Of a stretch of DNA of 32,000 nt, positions 1-8,230 are shown one piece after another. Under the pieces are notes generated by a model. That model worked only from the letters and a program-made list of their open reading frames with translations, was not told the DNA's origin and did no database searches. Numbering within the stretch: position 1 is the first letter of the stretch; each line of letters opens with the position of its first letter. Source of the stretch: Breznakia blatticola (GTDB lineage Bacteria > Bacillota_I > Bacilli_A > Erysipelotrichales > Erysipelotrichaceae); contig NZ_SODD01000023.1 in NCBI RefSeq assembly GCF_004365815.1, forward strand, positions 1 to 32,000, in the 5' to 3' direction. The position numbers and the translations under genes were made by a program.

Positions 1-76
1 TCAGCCTAAAATGAAAATAGGCTTTTAATAATGTACACATGATTAAGAAAATGAGCAATATATGGAATAAACCAAG

Positions 77-131
77 AAAAAAAGGAGCTGTGCTCTAGAT
101 TTGGCTAAATATGCCTATCTGTCACAGCTCC
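77..131 (-). terminator. Rho-independent terminator after tag
   Basis: Minus-strand hairpin arms GGAGCTGTG (131-123) and CACAGCTCC (92-84) are followed by T7 (83-77). It starts right after the tag stop codon. Confidence 0.6.
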
Positions 132-683
132 TTATTTTTGATATAAGTAACACTCTGGTTCATGACAATCTAAGACACCAATAGCTTGTAAGTACGAATA
201 GATAATGGTTTCACCCACAAAATTCATTCCTCTTTTCTTTAGATCTTTCGAGATTTGTTTAGACAAATCAGAGGATCCTTGATCTGGTTCATAGATCGTT
301 TTACCATCAGTAAACTTCCAAATATATGCATCAAATGTTCCGTATTCTTTTTGAATATCTTGAAACACTTTTGCATTTTGAATAGTTGCGAGTATCTTTC
401 GACGATTCCGTACAATGGATGCATCTTGCATAAGAACTTCTACTTTCTCATGTGTATAATGACTTACAGCAATGACATCAAATTGATCAAAAGCATCCTG
501 AAAGGATTGTTGTTTATTTAAAATGCATTCCCAAGACAAACCTGCTTGAAATGATTCAAGCACTAGCATTTCAAATAGTTCTTTATCATCATGTGTTGCT
601 TGTCCCCACACATGATCATGATATTTTACATAGTTTTCATTGTCGAGATTTACCCAACGACATCTTTTCTTGTTTATCTTCAT
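132..683 (-). CDS. tag: DNA-3-methyladenine glycosylase I
   Basis: 183 aa. It reads collinearly with E. coli Tag as I remember it: RCRWV...YHDHVWG, LFEMLVLESFQAGLSW, KKRGMNFVGETIIYSYLQAIG and a C-terminal Cys/His cluster. Confidence 0.9.
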   Translation of the reverse strand: MKINKKRCRWVNLDNENYVKYHDHVWGQATHDDKELFEMLVLESFQAGLSWECILNKQQSFQDAFDQFDVIAVSHYTHEKVEVLMQDASIVRNRRKILATIQNAKVFQDIQKEYGTFDAYIWKFTDGKTIYEPDQGSSDLSKQISKDLKKRGMNFVGETIIYSYLQAIGVLDCHEPECYLYQK

Positions 684-712
684 AGGTATACTTTACCATA
701 GATATCGTATTT

Positions 713-740
713 AAAAAAGAAAAGGACTTTCGCCCTTTCC
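713..740 (-). terminator. Rho-independent terminator ending the glv-type operon
   Basis: Minus strand reads GGAAAGG-gcgaaagt-CCTTTTC followed by T6, directly after the EIIA stop at 745. Confidence 0.55.
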
Positions 741-744
741 CATT

Positions 745-1203
745 TTATTTACATGTAATATCCAACGCCTCATTTGCTTGAACCGTTTTTGATTCGATTG
801 AGACTTCTTTGTGTTTTGTGAATACAACCATCACTGTGGAATCAATTGCCTTACTTTCAAGAAATGGTAAATCAAAATCCACTAATTTACTTCCTTGCTT
901 TACTTTATCTCCGCTATTAACGAAAGTGGAAAATCCTTCTCCTTGTAGATTGACTGTATCAATTCCAATATGGAATAATACTTCACTTCCATCTTCAAAA
1001 GTCATTCCTACTGCATGTTTTGTAGGAAAGATAGCTGATATTACCCCATTTTTAGGTGCATAAAGTTCACCCTTACTAGGAACAATCGCAAAACCTGGAC
1101 CTAATGATTCGCCTGCAAATACAGGGTCATTTACTTCACACAATGGAATTATCTTTCCTGAACATGGTGCATAAAACACCTGTTTCTTTTTAAATAGTCC
1201 CAT
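745..1203 (-). CDS. PTS glucose-family EIIA component
   Basis: 152 aa with the EIIA-Glc signature: PTKHAVGM...VLFHIGIDTVNLQGEGF, both His present. Its start overlaps the GH4 stop (TAATG). Confidence 0.9.
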   Translation of the reverse strand: MGLFKKKQVFYAPCSGKIIPLCEVNDPVFAGESLGPGFAIVPSKGELYAPKNGVISAIFPTKHAVGMTFEDGSEVLFHIGIDTVNLQGEGFSTFVNSGDKVKQGSKLVDFDLPFLESKAIDSTVMVVFTKHKEVSIESKTVQANEALDITCK

Positions 1204-2537
1204 TATTTTAACTCAGTCCAGTAACCTTTATTTGCTTCAATGTAGTCATCAAGTAATGCTTTTGCCACATCAGTATTTACTACTGCACGGTTTAATACTA
1301 AGGCTTTTAAAGCTTTCATATAGTCACCTTCAAGAGCTGCTTCTGCTGTTAGCTTTTCATAAGCGTGTTGGTTTTCAATAAGCCCTTTATAGAACGTTGG
1401 AACTTCACCTACACTTATTGCTTCCACTCCATATGTTCCTACACGACAAGGTACTTCTACCATCATATCAGGATCTAAATTCGAACATGTTCCATTGTTT
1501 TTTGTGATAATTAGGAAAATTTCATTACTATTATTTGCTAGTGCTGTTGCTAAATCAACAATGTACTCTGCATGACAACCTGCATCAGGTTCTGGTTCAT
1601 ATGCAGTTCCTTTGATTTTTCCAAGTTTAACAACTGCTTCTAGTGTTTCATATACTTCTTTTTCATTACCTTCCATTACCTCATCTGCTCTTGTGTGATT
1701 GATGTCTTGTTTTTTAAACATCTTTTGAGGATATAGGTAATATTGCATATATGTATTTGGTAGGTATTCATCATAGTCACTAATCATGGTACTCATAAAA
1801 TCAAATGTAGCTTTCCATGATGGCTCTTCAAATAGCTTTTCTGTTTTGAATTCTTTTGGTGTTTTTAAAATATTACGTAACTCTGGAAGATAATCATGAC
1901 CTGTTTTTACATCATAGATATTTGTGAACCAACCAAAGTGGTTTAATCCAAAGTAACGTGGTTCAAAATCTTTACGTTTTTTCCCAAGAACATTCGCATA
2001 CATATCCATAATTGCAATTGGCATATCACAAATATTAATAATACGGTGATCTTCTGGGAACACTTTTTCTGTAGCTTGCGCAACAATCGCAGCTGGATTT
2101 GAATAATTTAAAATCCAAGCTTCTGGAGCATATTTACGAATATCTTTAATAATATCAATAACTGCAGGGACACTACGCATTCCATATGCAAACCCACCTG
2201 CTCCACATGTTTCTTGTCCAAGACAACCATGTTTAATTGCAATTTTTTCATCTGATGCACGCATTTTTAAACGACCAGCACGAATTTGCATCAATGCAAA
2301 GTCGATACCTGTATATGCTTCTTCAGGATCTGTCGTATACACTACCTCAACACCTGGATAATATTCATTAAATAGTATTTCTGCATATTTTCCGACTAAC
2401 TCTTGTCGTTCTGCTTCGTTATCATAGAAAACGATTTTCGCTAATGGAAAACGTTCTTTTTGGTTACATAACATGGTAAGCATATCCGGTGTATAACGAC
2501 TACCTCCACCAATGATACAAATTGTGTACTTTTTCAT
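1203..2537 (-). CDS. glvA: GH4 6-phospho-alpha-glucosidase (maltose-6'-phosphate glucosidase type)
   Basis: 444 aa. It has an N-terminal NAD fold IIGGGSRYTP, then GQETCGAGG, NYSNPAA, the CDMP motif (NICDMP) typical of the 6-phospho-alpha-glucosidase branch of GH4, GLNHFGW, LPNTYMQYYLYP, NHTRADEVMEG and MVEVPC. It reads collinearly with B. subtilis GlvA from memory. Confidence 0.9.
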   Translation of the reverse strand: MKKYTICIIGGGSRYTPDMLTMLCNQKERFPLAKIVFYDNEAERQELVGKYAEILFNEYYPGVEVVYTTDPEEAYTGIDFALMQIRAGRLKMRASDEKIAIKHGCLGQETCGAGGFAYGMRSVPAVIDIIKDIRKYAPEAWILNYSNPAAIVAQATEKVFPEDHRIINICDMPIAIMDMYANVLGKKRKDFEPRYFGLNHFGWFTNIYDVKTGHDYLPELRNILKTPKEFKTEKLFEEPSWKATFDFMSTMISDYDEYLPNTYMQYYLYPQKMFKKQDINHTRADEVMEGNEKEVYETLEAVVKLGKIKGTAYEPEPDAGCHAEYIVDLATALANNSNEIFLIITKNNGTCSNLDPDMMVEVPCRVGTYGVEAISVGEVPTFYKGLIENQHAYEKLTAEAALEGDYMKALKALVLNRAVVNTDVAKALLDDYIEANKGYWTELK

Positions 2538-2538
2538 T

Positions 2539-4074
2539 TTATTCCTCCCAGTTTACACTTGCTTTAAATGCTTCGCAAACTTCCTGTACTTTCATTCCGA
2601 TAATAATTTGCACATTATTACCTTTTACAACTGAGCCTTTTGCTTGTGTTTGCTCAATAATTTTCTCATCTACTTTTGAAACATCTTTCACATCAATACG
2701 TAATCGTGTAAAACAGTTTTCGATACTTTCAATATTATCGACTCCACCCACTGCTTGTACGAATACTTGAATATCTGCATCCCAATCACTATTTCCGATT
2801 TGTCCTTCATTTGCACCAGTTGCTAATACAAGTTCGCGTCCTGGTGTTTTTAAATCCATTTTCTTAATCATGAATTGGAATACAAAGAACCATACGATAA
2901 CTGCAATAATTCCAACGATAAAGAAGATGTGGATTTTTGTAAGTTCAATTGGTAATGGCAAGTTACAAATTACCATATCTAATAAACCGTAAATCATATA
3001 TGTTCTTGATCCAAGTAACCAAAGCAACATTTCAAACAATCCAGTTAATAGCCCATGAACTAACCATAATAGTGGTGAAGCAAATAAGAACATGAAGTCA
3101 AATGGCTCTGTAATACCTGCAACCATTGCAACAAACACACTTGGTAATAACATACTGATAACTTGTTTACGACGTTCTGGTTTTGCAGTTTTAATGAATG
3201 CTAAGAATGCTCCTAACACTCCAAATGCTTTTGCAAATCCAAATGTAGCGAAACGAACCGATTCATGAATTGCAGTAATTGCTCCTGGGTTTGCCATTTC
3301 TGCATAGAAGATGTTTGCAGCTCCTGAATATACGTTTCCAGCAATTTCAGTTACTCCTCCAAACCCAGTGAAACAGAATGGCATCCATAACATATGGTGT
3401 AATCCAGTAGGAATTAAGAAACGGTTTCCAAATGCGTATGCAAACACACCACCTGGTCCTGCATCTTTCATGAATTCTGTAGTTGCAGCAATTCCATCAT
3501 TTACTGTTGGCCAAATATAAGTAACTCCAACTCCAAGAACTAATACAACTGGAATCATAACTGCGAATGCTAAACGTGATCCACCATAAATTTTAAACAT
3601 GTCACTGAATTCAACATTTGCGAATTTATTGAATACAAATGCAGTAATACATCCTAGGATCATCCCTAAGAATACCCCCATGTCACTTACTTGAAATCCT
3701 AAAACAATTGCTTGTCCTGTTCCAAATAACCCCATTTCTCCAGGTTCAGCTAACATTCCTTGACTTGTTAACCAAGCATTATTTACTGCAAGAAACATTA
3801 AATATGAAATAGTTGCAACTAGTGCAGCATCCACTTTCTTATTTTTTGCCATTGTTGTTGTTAATCCTACACAGAAGATTAACGATAAGTTATTAAGCAT
3901 TGCATCCATCATAGATGAAATAAGTCCCCCAAATGCCACGATTGGCTCAGGCATAAACTCTAATTTCATAATTGTTGCTAATGCAATAACAGTTCCCATA
4001 ATCGCCAAGAACATTACTATTCCTGTCATCGATCTAGAAAACTTATTCATTAATTTGATAAGTTTTTCTTTCAT
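2539..4074 (-). CDS. glvC: PTS alpha-glucoside/maltose-type EIICB permease
   Basis: 511 aa and multi-TM. EIIC motifs PTGLHHMLW and GITEPFDFMF are present, and the C-terminal EIIB has the phospho-Cys signature AVGGVDNIESIENCFTRLRIDV. Operon context is GH4 plus an RpiR regulator. Confidence 0.88.
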   Translation of the reverse strand: MKEKLIKLMNKFSRSMTGIVMFLAIMGTVIALATIMKLEFMPEPIVAFGGLISSMMDAMLNNLSLIFCVGLTTTMAKNKKVDAALVATISYLMFLAVNNAWLTSQGMLAEPGEMGLFGTGQAIVLGFQVSDMGVFLGMILGCITAFVFNKFANVEFSDMFKIYGGSRLAFAVMIPVVLVLGVGVTYIWPTVNDGIAATTEFMKDAGPGGVFAYAFGNRFLIPTGLHHMLWMPFCFTGFGGVTEIAGNVYSGAANIFYAEMANPGAITAIHESVRFATFGFAKAFGVLGAFLAFIKTAKPERRKQVISMLLPSVFVAMVAGITEPFDFMFLFASPLLWLVHGLLTGLFEMLLWLLGSRTYMIYGLLDMVICNLPLPIELTKIHIFFIVGIIAVIVWFFVFQFMIKKMDLKTPGRELVLATGANEGQIGNSDWDADIQVFVQAVGGVDNIESIENCFTRLRIDVKDVSKVDEKIIEQTQAKGSVVKGNNVQIIIGMKVQEVCEAFKASVNWEE

Positions 4075-4137
4075 TTTCTTGTTCTCCTTTTTAAATTCCC
4101 TTTATGATATACAACGTGTCGACCCTTGTACAAACAA

Positions 4138-4175
4138 AGTATAGCGAGATGAAATCCTTGATACAAGCGTTTACG
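4138..4175 (-). promoter_or_regulatory. Putative sigma-A promoter of the EIICB-GH4-EIIA operon with an overlapping cre-like site
   Basis: On the minus strand: -35 TTGTAT (4166-4161), a 17-nt spacer and -10 TATACT (4143-4138). The cre-like CGTAAACGCTTGTA (4175-4162) overlaps the -35 and has 3 mismatches to TGNAARCGNWWWCA. Confidence 0.4.
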
Positions 4176-4216
4176 ATGGATGGTGAAAAAGGTCACCGCA
4201 TTGTGACAAAAGTTAC

Positions 4217-4243
4217 TAAAAAAGCCATCCTTCGATAGACGAC
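4217..4243 (-). terminator. Weak terminator after the RpiR gene
   Basis: Minus strand reads GTCGTC-tatcgaag-GATGGC (two G-U pairs) followed by T6-7. Confidence 0.35.
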
Positions 4244-4244
4244 T

Positions 4245-4970
4245 TTATTTCTCATTTGGTTTTTCTAAGAATGTTTTCGAATATTCCTCAAGGACCATTT
4301 CGAAGAACACAATGATCTTTGCGGTAAAGAAATCCGCCTTGTAATGATCTTTCGTACTCTTTATTGAATCAATTTGAATACTCGTGTGTGCAAGTTTTCC
4401 AGCTGGTGAATTTAAGTCAGAACTAAAAACAAGCACATTAAATCCATTTTCCTTTGCTTCACGTATCCGTTCAAGAATTTCTCCTCTTGCCCCTGAATTA
4501 GACATTACAATAAACAATCCCTTTTTAAAAGTTGTATTGGCAAATGCTTCATAGTGATAACAAAAATTCGCATTGAAATTAAAGACGAGTAATTTTTGAA
4601 TAATGTAATCTCTAGCAGCATCTACATATCCTAAGGAATCTACCAAGATTTTATCATTTCGATAATAGTGTAATAACTCAGCAACATTTGGAATATACTG
4701 TGAACTAGATCCATCTTTCTCAAGTGAAGAAATTTCAAACACTTCAGGTGAATATTGATTTTTCTTGCTTGCAAGCATCATGTAATACATTTCACTATAT
4801 CCACTATATCCAAGCTTTTTACTTAATTTGATAACCGTGGCTTTTGAGACAAAACACTCCTCAGCAATTTTTACAACATTTACCTTTTCATTTTGTTCAA
4901 TATACTTCCAAATGGTATTCATGATTAGATTTTCTGTATCGTTTAAATTCGTTTTATTTATATTCATATG
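4245..4970 (-). CDS. glvR: MurR/RpiR-family transcriptional regulator (HTH + SIS domain)
   Basis: An N-terminal HTH (VVKIAEECFVSKATVIKLSKKLGYSGYSEM) is followed by a SIS-like region (FIVMSNSGARGE). I prefer the start at MNINK (4970), which has SD GAGGG. The ORF-track start at 5012 sits next to a TATAAT at 5020-5015. Confidence 0.8.
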   Translation of the reverse strand, partial: HMNINKTNLNDTENLIMNTIWKYIEQNEKVNVVKIAEECFVSKATVIKLSKKLGYSGYSEMYYMMLASKKNQYSPEVFEISSLEKDGSSSQYIPNVAELLHYYRNDKILVDSLGYVDAARDYIIQKLLVFNFNANFCYHYEAFANTTFKKGLFIVMSNSGARGEILERIREAKENGFNVLVFSSDLNSPAGKLAHTSIQIDSIKSTKDHYKADFFTAKIIVFFEMVLEEYSKTFLEKPNEK

Positions 4971-5029
4971 ACCCTCTACCATAATTATAAGCCAAATATG
5001 TTTGCGTTGCACGAATTATAGCGTTTTCA

Positions 5030-5076
5030 TCAAAAAAGGATATAGTTGATATCTAAGTATCTCATCTATATCCTTT
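5030..5076 (-). terminator. Rho-independent terminator after the EIIBC gene
   Basis: A perfect 10-bp stem AAGGATATAG...CTATATCCTT (5075-5036) is followed by a T-run on the minus strand. Confidence 0.7.
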
Positions 5077-5098
5077 GTATTTTACTATCTTTCTTTAC

Positions 5099-6466
5099 TT
5101 AGGCTTTTGTTGCTACTGATTTATCCTTAGTTAATACAAATGAAACTAAGAATGCTACAACGAATGCAACAACCAAACTAATAATCATAAATATTAAGTT
5201 ATTTCCTTCACCGATGTATGTTGGTAAACTGAATATTCCTGGCATTGCATATCCATAACTTTTCACTCCAAACAGCATGTATAAGAATCCACCTGCAGCA
5301 CCACCAGCAACAATACCAATTAGCGGTGTACGATATTCAATATCAACTGAGTATAGTGCAGGTTCTGTAATCCCTAGCAAACCAAGACCACCACCAGAGA
5401 AAGCAGCAGCTTTATTATCTGGGTCTTTTATTTTGAATGCAGCTCCTAGTGTAGCACCCGCAACTGCAATGTTGTTTACAAAGAATCCAGGCATTAAGAA
5501 GTCATAGCCAAGCGATGCATAGTTTACAATCATTAATGGTTGTAGGGCTTGGTGCATACCTGTGATGATAATAAATGACATCAATCCACCAGTTAAGGCT
5601 CCAGCAATCGGTCCTGTTGTTTCAAATAACCAAACAATTGCTTGTGAGAAACTTTCTCCAAGGTAATATCCAAACGGTGCAACGATAAATAATAAGATAG
5701 GCATTACAATTAAAAAAGTTAAGAATCCTGAGAATACAATTTTAATTGCTTTTGGCATAATGCTATCAATAAAGCGGAATGCATAAGAAAATAAGATTAC
5801 ACTTAAAATAACTGGCACAACTGAACTTGCATAGTTTTGTGCTGGAATATTAAATAATATGAAGTCAATGGTGTCTCCAGCAGCACCCATGAATGTAGGA
5901 GATAATAATACCCCTGCAATCATCAATCCATACATCTCATTAATCTTAAAGCGTTTAGCAGTTGTATATCCGACCATAAATGGCAAGAAGTAGAATGGTG
6001 CATCCCCAATTGAATTGAGCACAGTGACTACACCACTATCAACAAGTTCAGTATTAAATAAAAGTAAAATAATTACAAAACTCTTTAACATCCCTCCAGC
6101 AATCAGTATAGGTAATAATGGCAAGAAAATTCCTGATAAGGTACTTAAAAATCTTGTGCCTAGTGATTCCTTTTGTGTATCTTCATTTGCCACAACTTGT
6201 TGTTCACCAGAATCATCATTTGAAAATCCAGCAACCTCACAGAAATCGTTATATACATCTTTTACATGTGAACCAATAACCAGTTGGAATTGGTTTCCCA
6301 CTTGTTTTACTTGTAAGATTCCATTGATTTTAGCGAGTGCTTCTTGATCAATTTCTTCTTTGTTTTTCACAACAATACGTAAGCGTGTTACACAATAGAA
6401 CACATCTGCAATATTCTCTTTTTTAATGATACTAAGTATCTCTTTACTCATGTTTTCGTATTTCAT
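5099..6466 (-). CDS. PTS beta-glucoside/sucrose-family EIIBC permease
   Basis: 455 aa. The N-terminal EIIB has ENIADVFYCVTRLRIVV and is followed by a multi-TM EIIC. SD is GGAGA. It lies downstream of a BglG-type antiterminator and a RAT-like/terminator element. Confidence 0.88.
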   Translation of the reverse strand: MKYENMSKEILSIIKKENIADVFYCVTRLRIVVKNKEEIDQEALAKINGILQVKQVGNQFQLVIGSHVKDVYNDFCEVAGFSNDDSGEQQVVANEDTQKESLGTRFLSTLSGIFLPLLPILIAGGMLKSFVIILLLFNTELVDSGVVTVLNSIGDAPFYFLPFMVGYTTAKRFKINEMYGLMIAGVLLSPTFMGAAGDTIDFILFNIPAQNYASSVVPVILSVILFSYAFRFIDSIMPKAIKIVFSGFLTFLIVMPILLFIVAPFGYYLGESFSQAIVWLFETTGPIAGALTGGLMSFIIITGMHQALQPLMIVNYASLGYDFLMPGFFVNNIAVAGATLGAAFKIKDPDNKAAAFSGGGLGLLGITEPALYSVDIEYRTPLIGIVAGGAAGGFLYMLFGVKSYGYAMPGIFSLPTYIGEGNNLIFMIISLVVAFVVAFLVSFVLTKDKSVATKA

Positions 6467-6555
6467 TTTAAATTCTCCTTTTAATTTTTTGTTTGATATA
6501 CATGTAGTTTCCTTTATACTTCTTATTTCTACACAGCAAATTTCAATTTTACATA

Positions 6556-6631
6556 AATAAAAACCGAGTCTACTACGAACATAAAAACACTATTTATGTT
6601 TGTTAAGTCTAGCCCGGTTTGGTAACTATCT
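6556..6631 (-). promoter_or_regulatory. RAT-like element overlapping an intra-operon terminator (between the antiterminator and EIIBC)
   Basis: Minus strand AGATAGTTACCAAACCGGGCTAGACTT (6631-6605) resembles the RAT consensus GGATTGTTAC..GGCAAGACC. Its 3' half forms the 5' arm of a long interrupted hairpin (outer CCGGG/CTCGG, inner ACAAACATAAA/TTTATGTTCGT) followed by TTTTTATTT. Confidence 0.5.
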
Positions 6632-7478
6632 TACTTTTATCTAGTAAATTATTGATATGAATAATTAGGTATCCCTTTTCTTCATTATTCACTTCAATTT
6701 TGTAATTGAAATCTAAATACTCGCTAATTAATTCCACACATTTTGTTGTTTCTGGATATTGTACTTTCATCATACGATATACAAAATCCTTATCTCCATA
6801 TTCCACATCATTTTCCGCGAAGACTCTTGAACTAAAGTATTTCAAGTGGGTTAAGAAACGTTCATAATACACAGATTCTTGATCTAATGTAAATTCGAAG
6901 TACGTTTCAACTATTTCTATTACCTTTTTAATCAACATAACACTATCACTTGTTGGCTTATTAATATCAACTCCTGCTAAATTCAGAATATGAAATGCAA
7001 TAAATCCAGCTTCATCCAGCGGTAATTCAATTTCATACAATTCATTTGCTTTGCGAATTGCTTTTAAACCAATTGCAAATTCATTTGGATAAAAACGTTT
7101 TACTTCATTCAACATTTGATTTGGTAAAAGAATATGATTTTGTGCACGTTCTACCGCATTTGCGAGGTGATCTGCCAAACTAATATATGCAATGGTAGTT
7201 GTTTTTACACCAAGTTGTTCTTCTGCATAATCTAGTATATTCACAGCTAAATCAATGAAATCAGAATTGATATTCTCAATAATATCCATATAGCGAGTTT
7301 TTTCTCTTCCCTTTAAGACGAACTCTTTTTCAACTTTGTCCTTATCGACAAAATCTCCAACTTTCTTCTTAAAAGAGATTCCACTACCCATCAATACAAT
7401 TTCTGAGTCTTTATCATGTGAAGCGACAACATTATTATTAATGATGCGACTAATCACATATCCTTTTTCATTTAACAT
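6609..7478 (-). CDS. BglG/LicT-family PRD-containing transcription antiterminator
   Basis: 289 aa. The N-terminal CAT domain reads VISRIINNNVVASHDKDSEIVLMGSGISFKKKVGD and is followed by two PRD-like halves (ISLADHLANAVERA; FLTHLKYF). Confidence 0.9.
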   Translation of the reverse strand: MLNEKGYVISRIINNNVVASHDKDSEIVLMGSGISFKKKVGDFVDKDKVEKEFVLKGREKTRYMDIIENINSDFIDLAVNILDYAEEQLGVKTTTIAYISLADHLANAVERAQNHILLPNQMLNEVKRFYPNEFAIGLKAIRKANELYEIELPLDEAGFIAFHILNLAGVDINKPTSDSVMLIKKVIEIVETYFEFTLDQESVYYERFLTHLKYFSSRVFAENDVEYGDKDFVYRMMKVQYPETTKCVELISEYLDFNYKIEVNNEEKGYLIIHINNLLDKSKIVTKPG

Positions 7479-7938
7479 CAGCTATCACGTCCCTAGTTGT
7501 TATACTTTCACTTTCATTATGCAATGTAATCTCGTGTCCATTCGTGTTGGTGAAGATTACAATGACAGTTGGATCAAGATCATTTTGCTTTATAATTTCT
7601 TGATCAAAACGAACCAATTCAGCTCCAACATTTACTTTATCACCTTGTTTCACAAGTGTAGTAAATCCTTTACCTTGAAGATTGACCGTATCTATACCAA
7701 TATGAATTAGAATTTCTACACCGTCTTTACGTTTCAAACCAACTGCATGTCCGGTTGGAAACACCATCATGATTTCTCCATCGACTGGACTTTTCACAAT
7801 GTTATTTGCGGGTCTGACACCACAACCAACCCCCATAATTGTAGTTGCATATGTTGGATCGTTGATTAGTTCTTGCTTCACATAGATTCCATCAACTGGA
7901 GCATAGATTTCATTTTTTTGTGATCGTTTAAATAACAT
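7468..7938 (-). CDS. PTS glucose-family EIIA component
   Basis: 156 aa with PTGHAVGL...ILIHIGIDTVNLQGKGF. SD is GGAGG. Its 3' end overlaps the antiterminator start. Confidence 0.9.
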   Translation of the reverse strand: MLFKRSQKNEIYAPVDGIYVKQELINDPTYATTIMGVGCGVRPANNIVKSPVDGEIMMVFPTGHAVGLKRKDGVEILIHIGIDTVNLQGKGFTTLVKQGDKVNVGAELVRFDQEIIKQNDLDPTVIVIFTNTNGHEITLHNESESITTRDVIADVK

Positions 7939-7992
7939 GTTACCACCTCCTTCTGCATTTTACATACCAGAACGATTTCGACTTTTTTGTCT

Positions 7993-8042
7993 TAAAAAAC
8001 AAAAAAGACCAATACCGAAAAAATAATTTCGATGCTGATCTT
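7993..8042 (-). terminator. Leader terminator of the EIIA-antiterminator-EIIBC operon
   Basis: Minus strand AAGATCAGCATCGAAA-ttat-TTTCGGTATTGGTCTT (Watson-Crick plus G-U pairs) is followed by TTTTGTTTTTT. The 5' arm overlaps the RAT 3' end. Confidence 0.7.
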
Positions 8043-8063
8043 GCCTACTTAAAGTAACAATTC
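8037..8063 (-). promoter_or_regulatory. RAT (ribonucleic antiterminator) target of a BglG/LicT-type antiterminator
   Basis: Minus strand GAATTGTTACTTTAAGTAGGCAAGATC compares with B. subtilis RATs GGATTGTTACTG..CAGGCAAGACC. It sits just downstream of a consensus promoter and overlaps the terminator arm. Confidence 0.75.
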
Positions 8064-8078
8064 AAACTATCTATTTTC

Positions 8079-8107
8079 ATAATAATCGAGAGAATGCGTT
8101 TTGTCAA
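8079..8107 (-). promoter_or_regulatory. Sigma-A promoter of the RAT-controlled operon
   Basis: Minus strand: TTGACA (8107-8102), a 17-nt spacer and TATTAT (8084-8079). Confidence 0.65.
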
Positions 8108-8137
8108 CCATTACATTTACTTTTATTATATAACATA

Positions 8138-8151
8138 AGCAAGCGTTTACA
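8138..8151. promoter_or_regulatory. cre-like (CcpA) palindrome upstream of the promoter
   Basis: TGTAAACGCTTGCT on the minus strand has 2 mismatches to TGNAARCGNWWWCA. It shares the core AAGCGTTTAC with the site at 4162-4175. Confidence 0.4.
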
Positions 8152-8190
8152 GATGTAGTTAAACTATGCACTTTCATCGGGGTATTATTT

Positions 8191-8210
8191 CTATATATTC
8201 CTATATATTC
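8191..8210. repeat. Exact 10-bp tandem duplication CTATATATTC x2
   Basis: Read directly from the sequence. A degenerate third copy, catatgtata, follows. It lies between the EIICB stop (8231) and the next promoter. Confidence 0.8.
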
Positions 8211-8230
8211 CATATGTATAGTGTTAAATT

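Noticed and set aside
3-24. The hairpin AGCCTA-aaatgaaaa-TAGGCT followed by TTTT at the extreme left edge, which could be a terminator of an off-window plus-strand gene.
   Set aside because: The stem is short and AT-rich, and no gene context is visible. It cannot be assigned to a strand or a gene from this window.
4971-5012. N-terminal extensions offered by the ORF track for several genes: RpiR at 5012, the hypothetical at 14088, the binding protein at 18068, the 97-aa ORF at 23064 and the 255-aa ORF at 22781.
   Set aside because: In each case an internal ATG has a properly spaced SD. The extended start either uses a non-ATG codon, lacks an SD or overlaps the predicted -10/transcription start.
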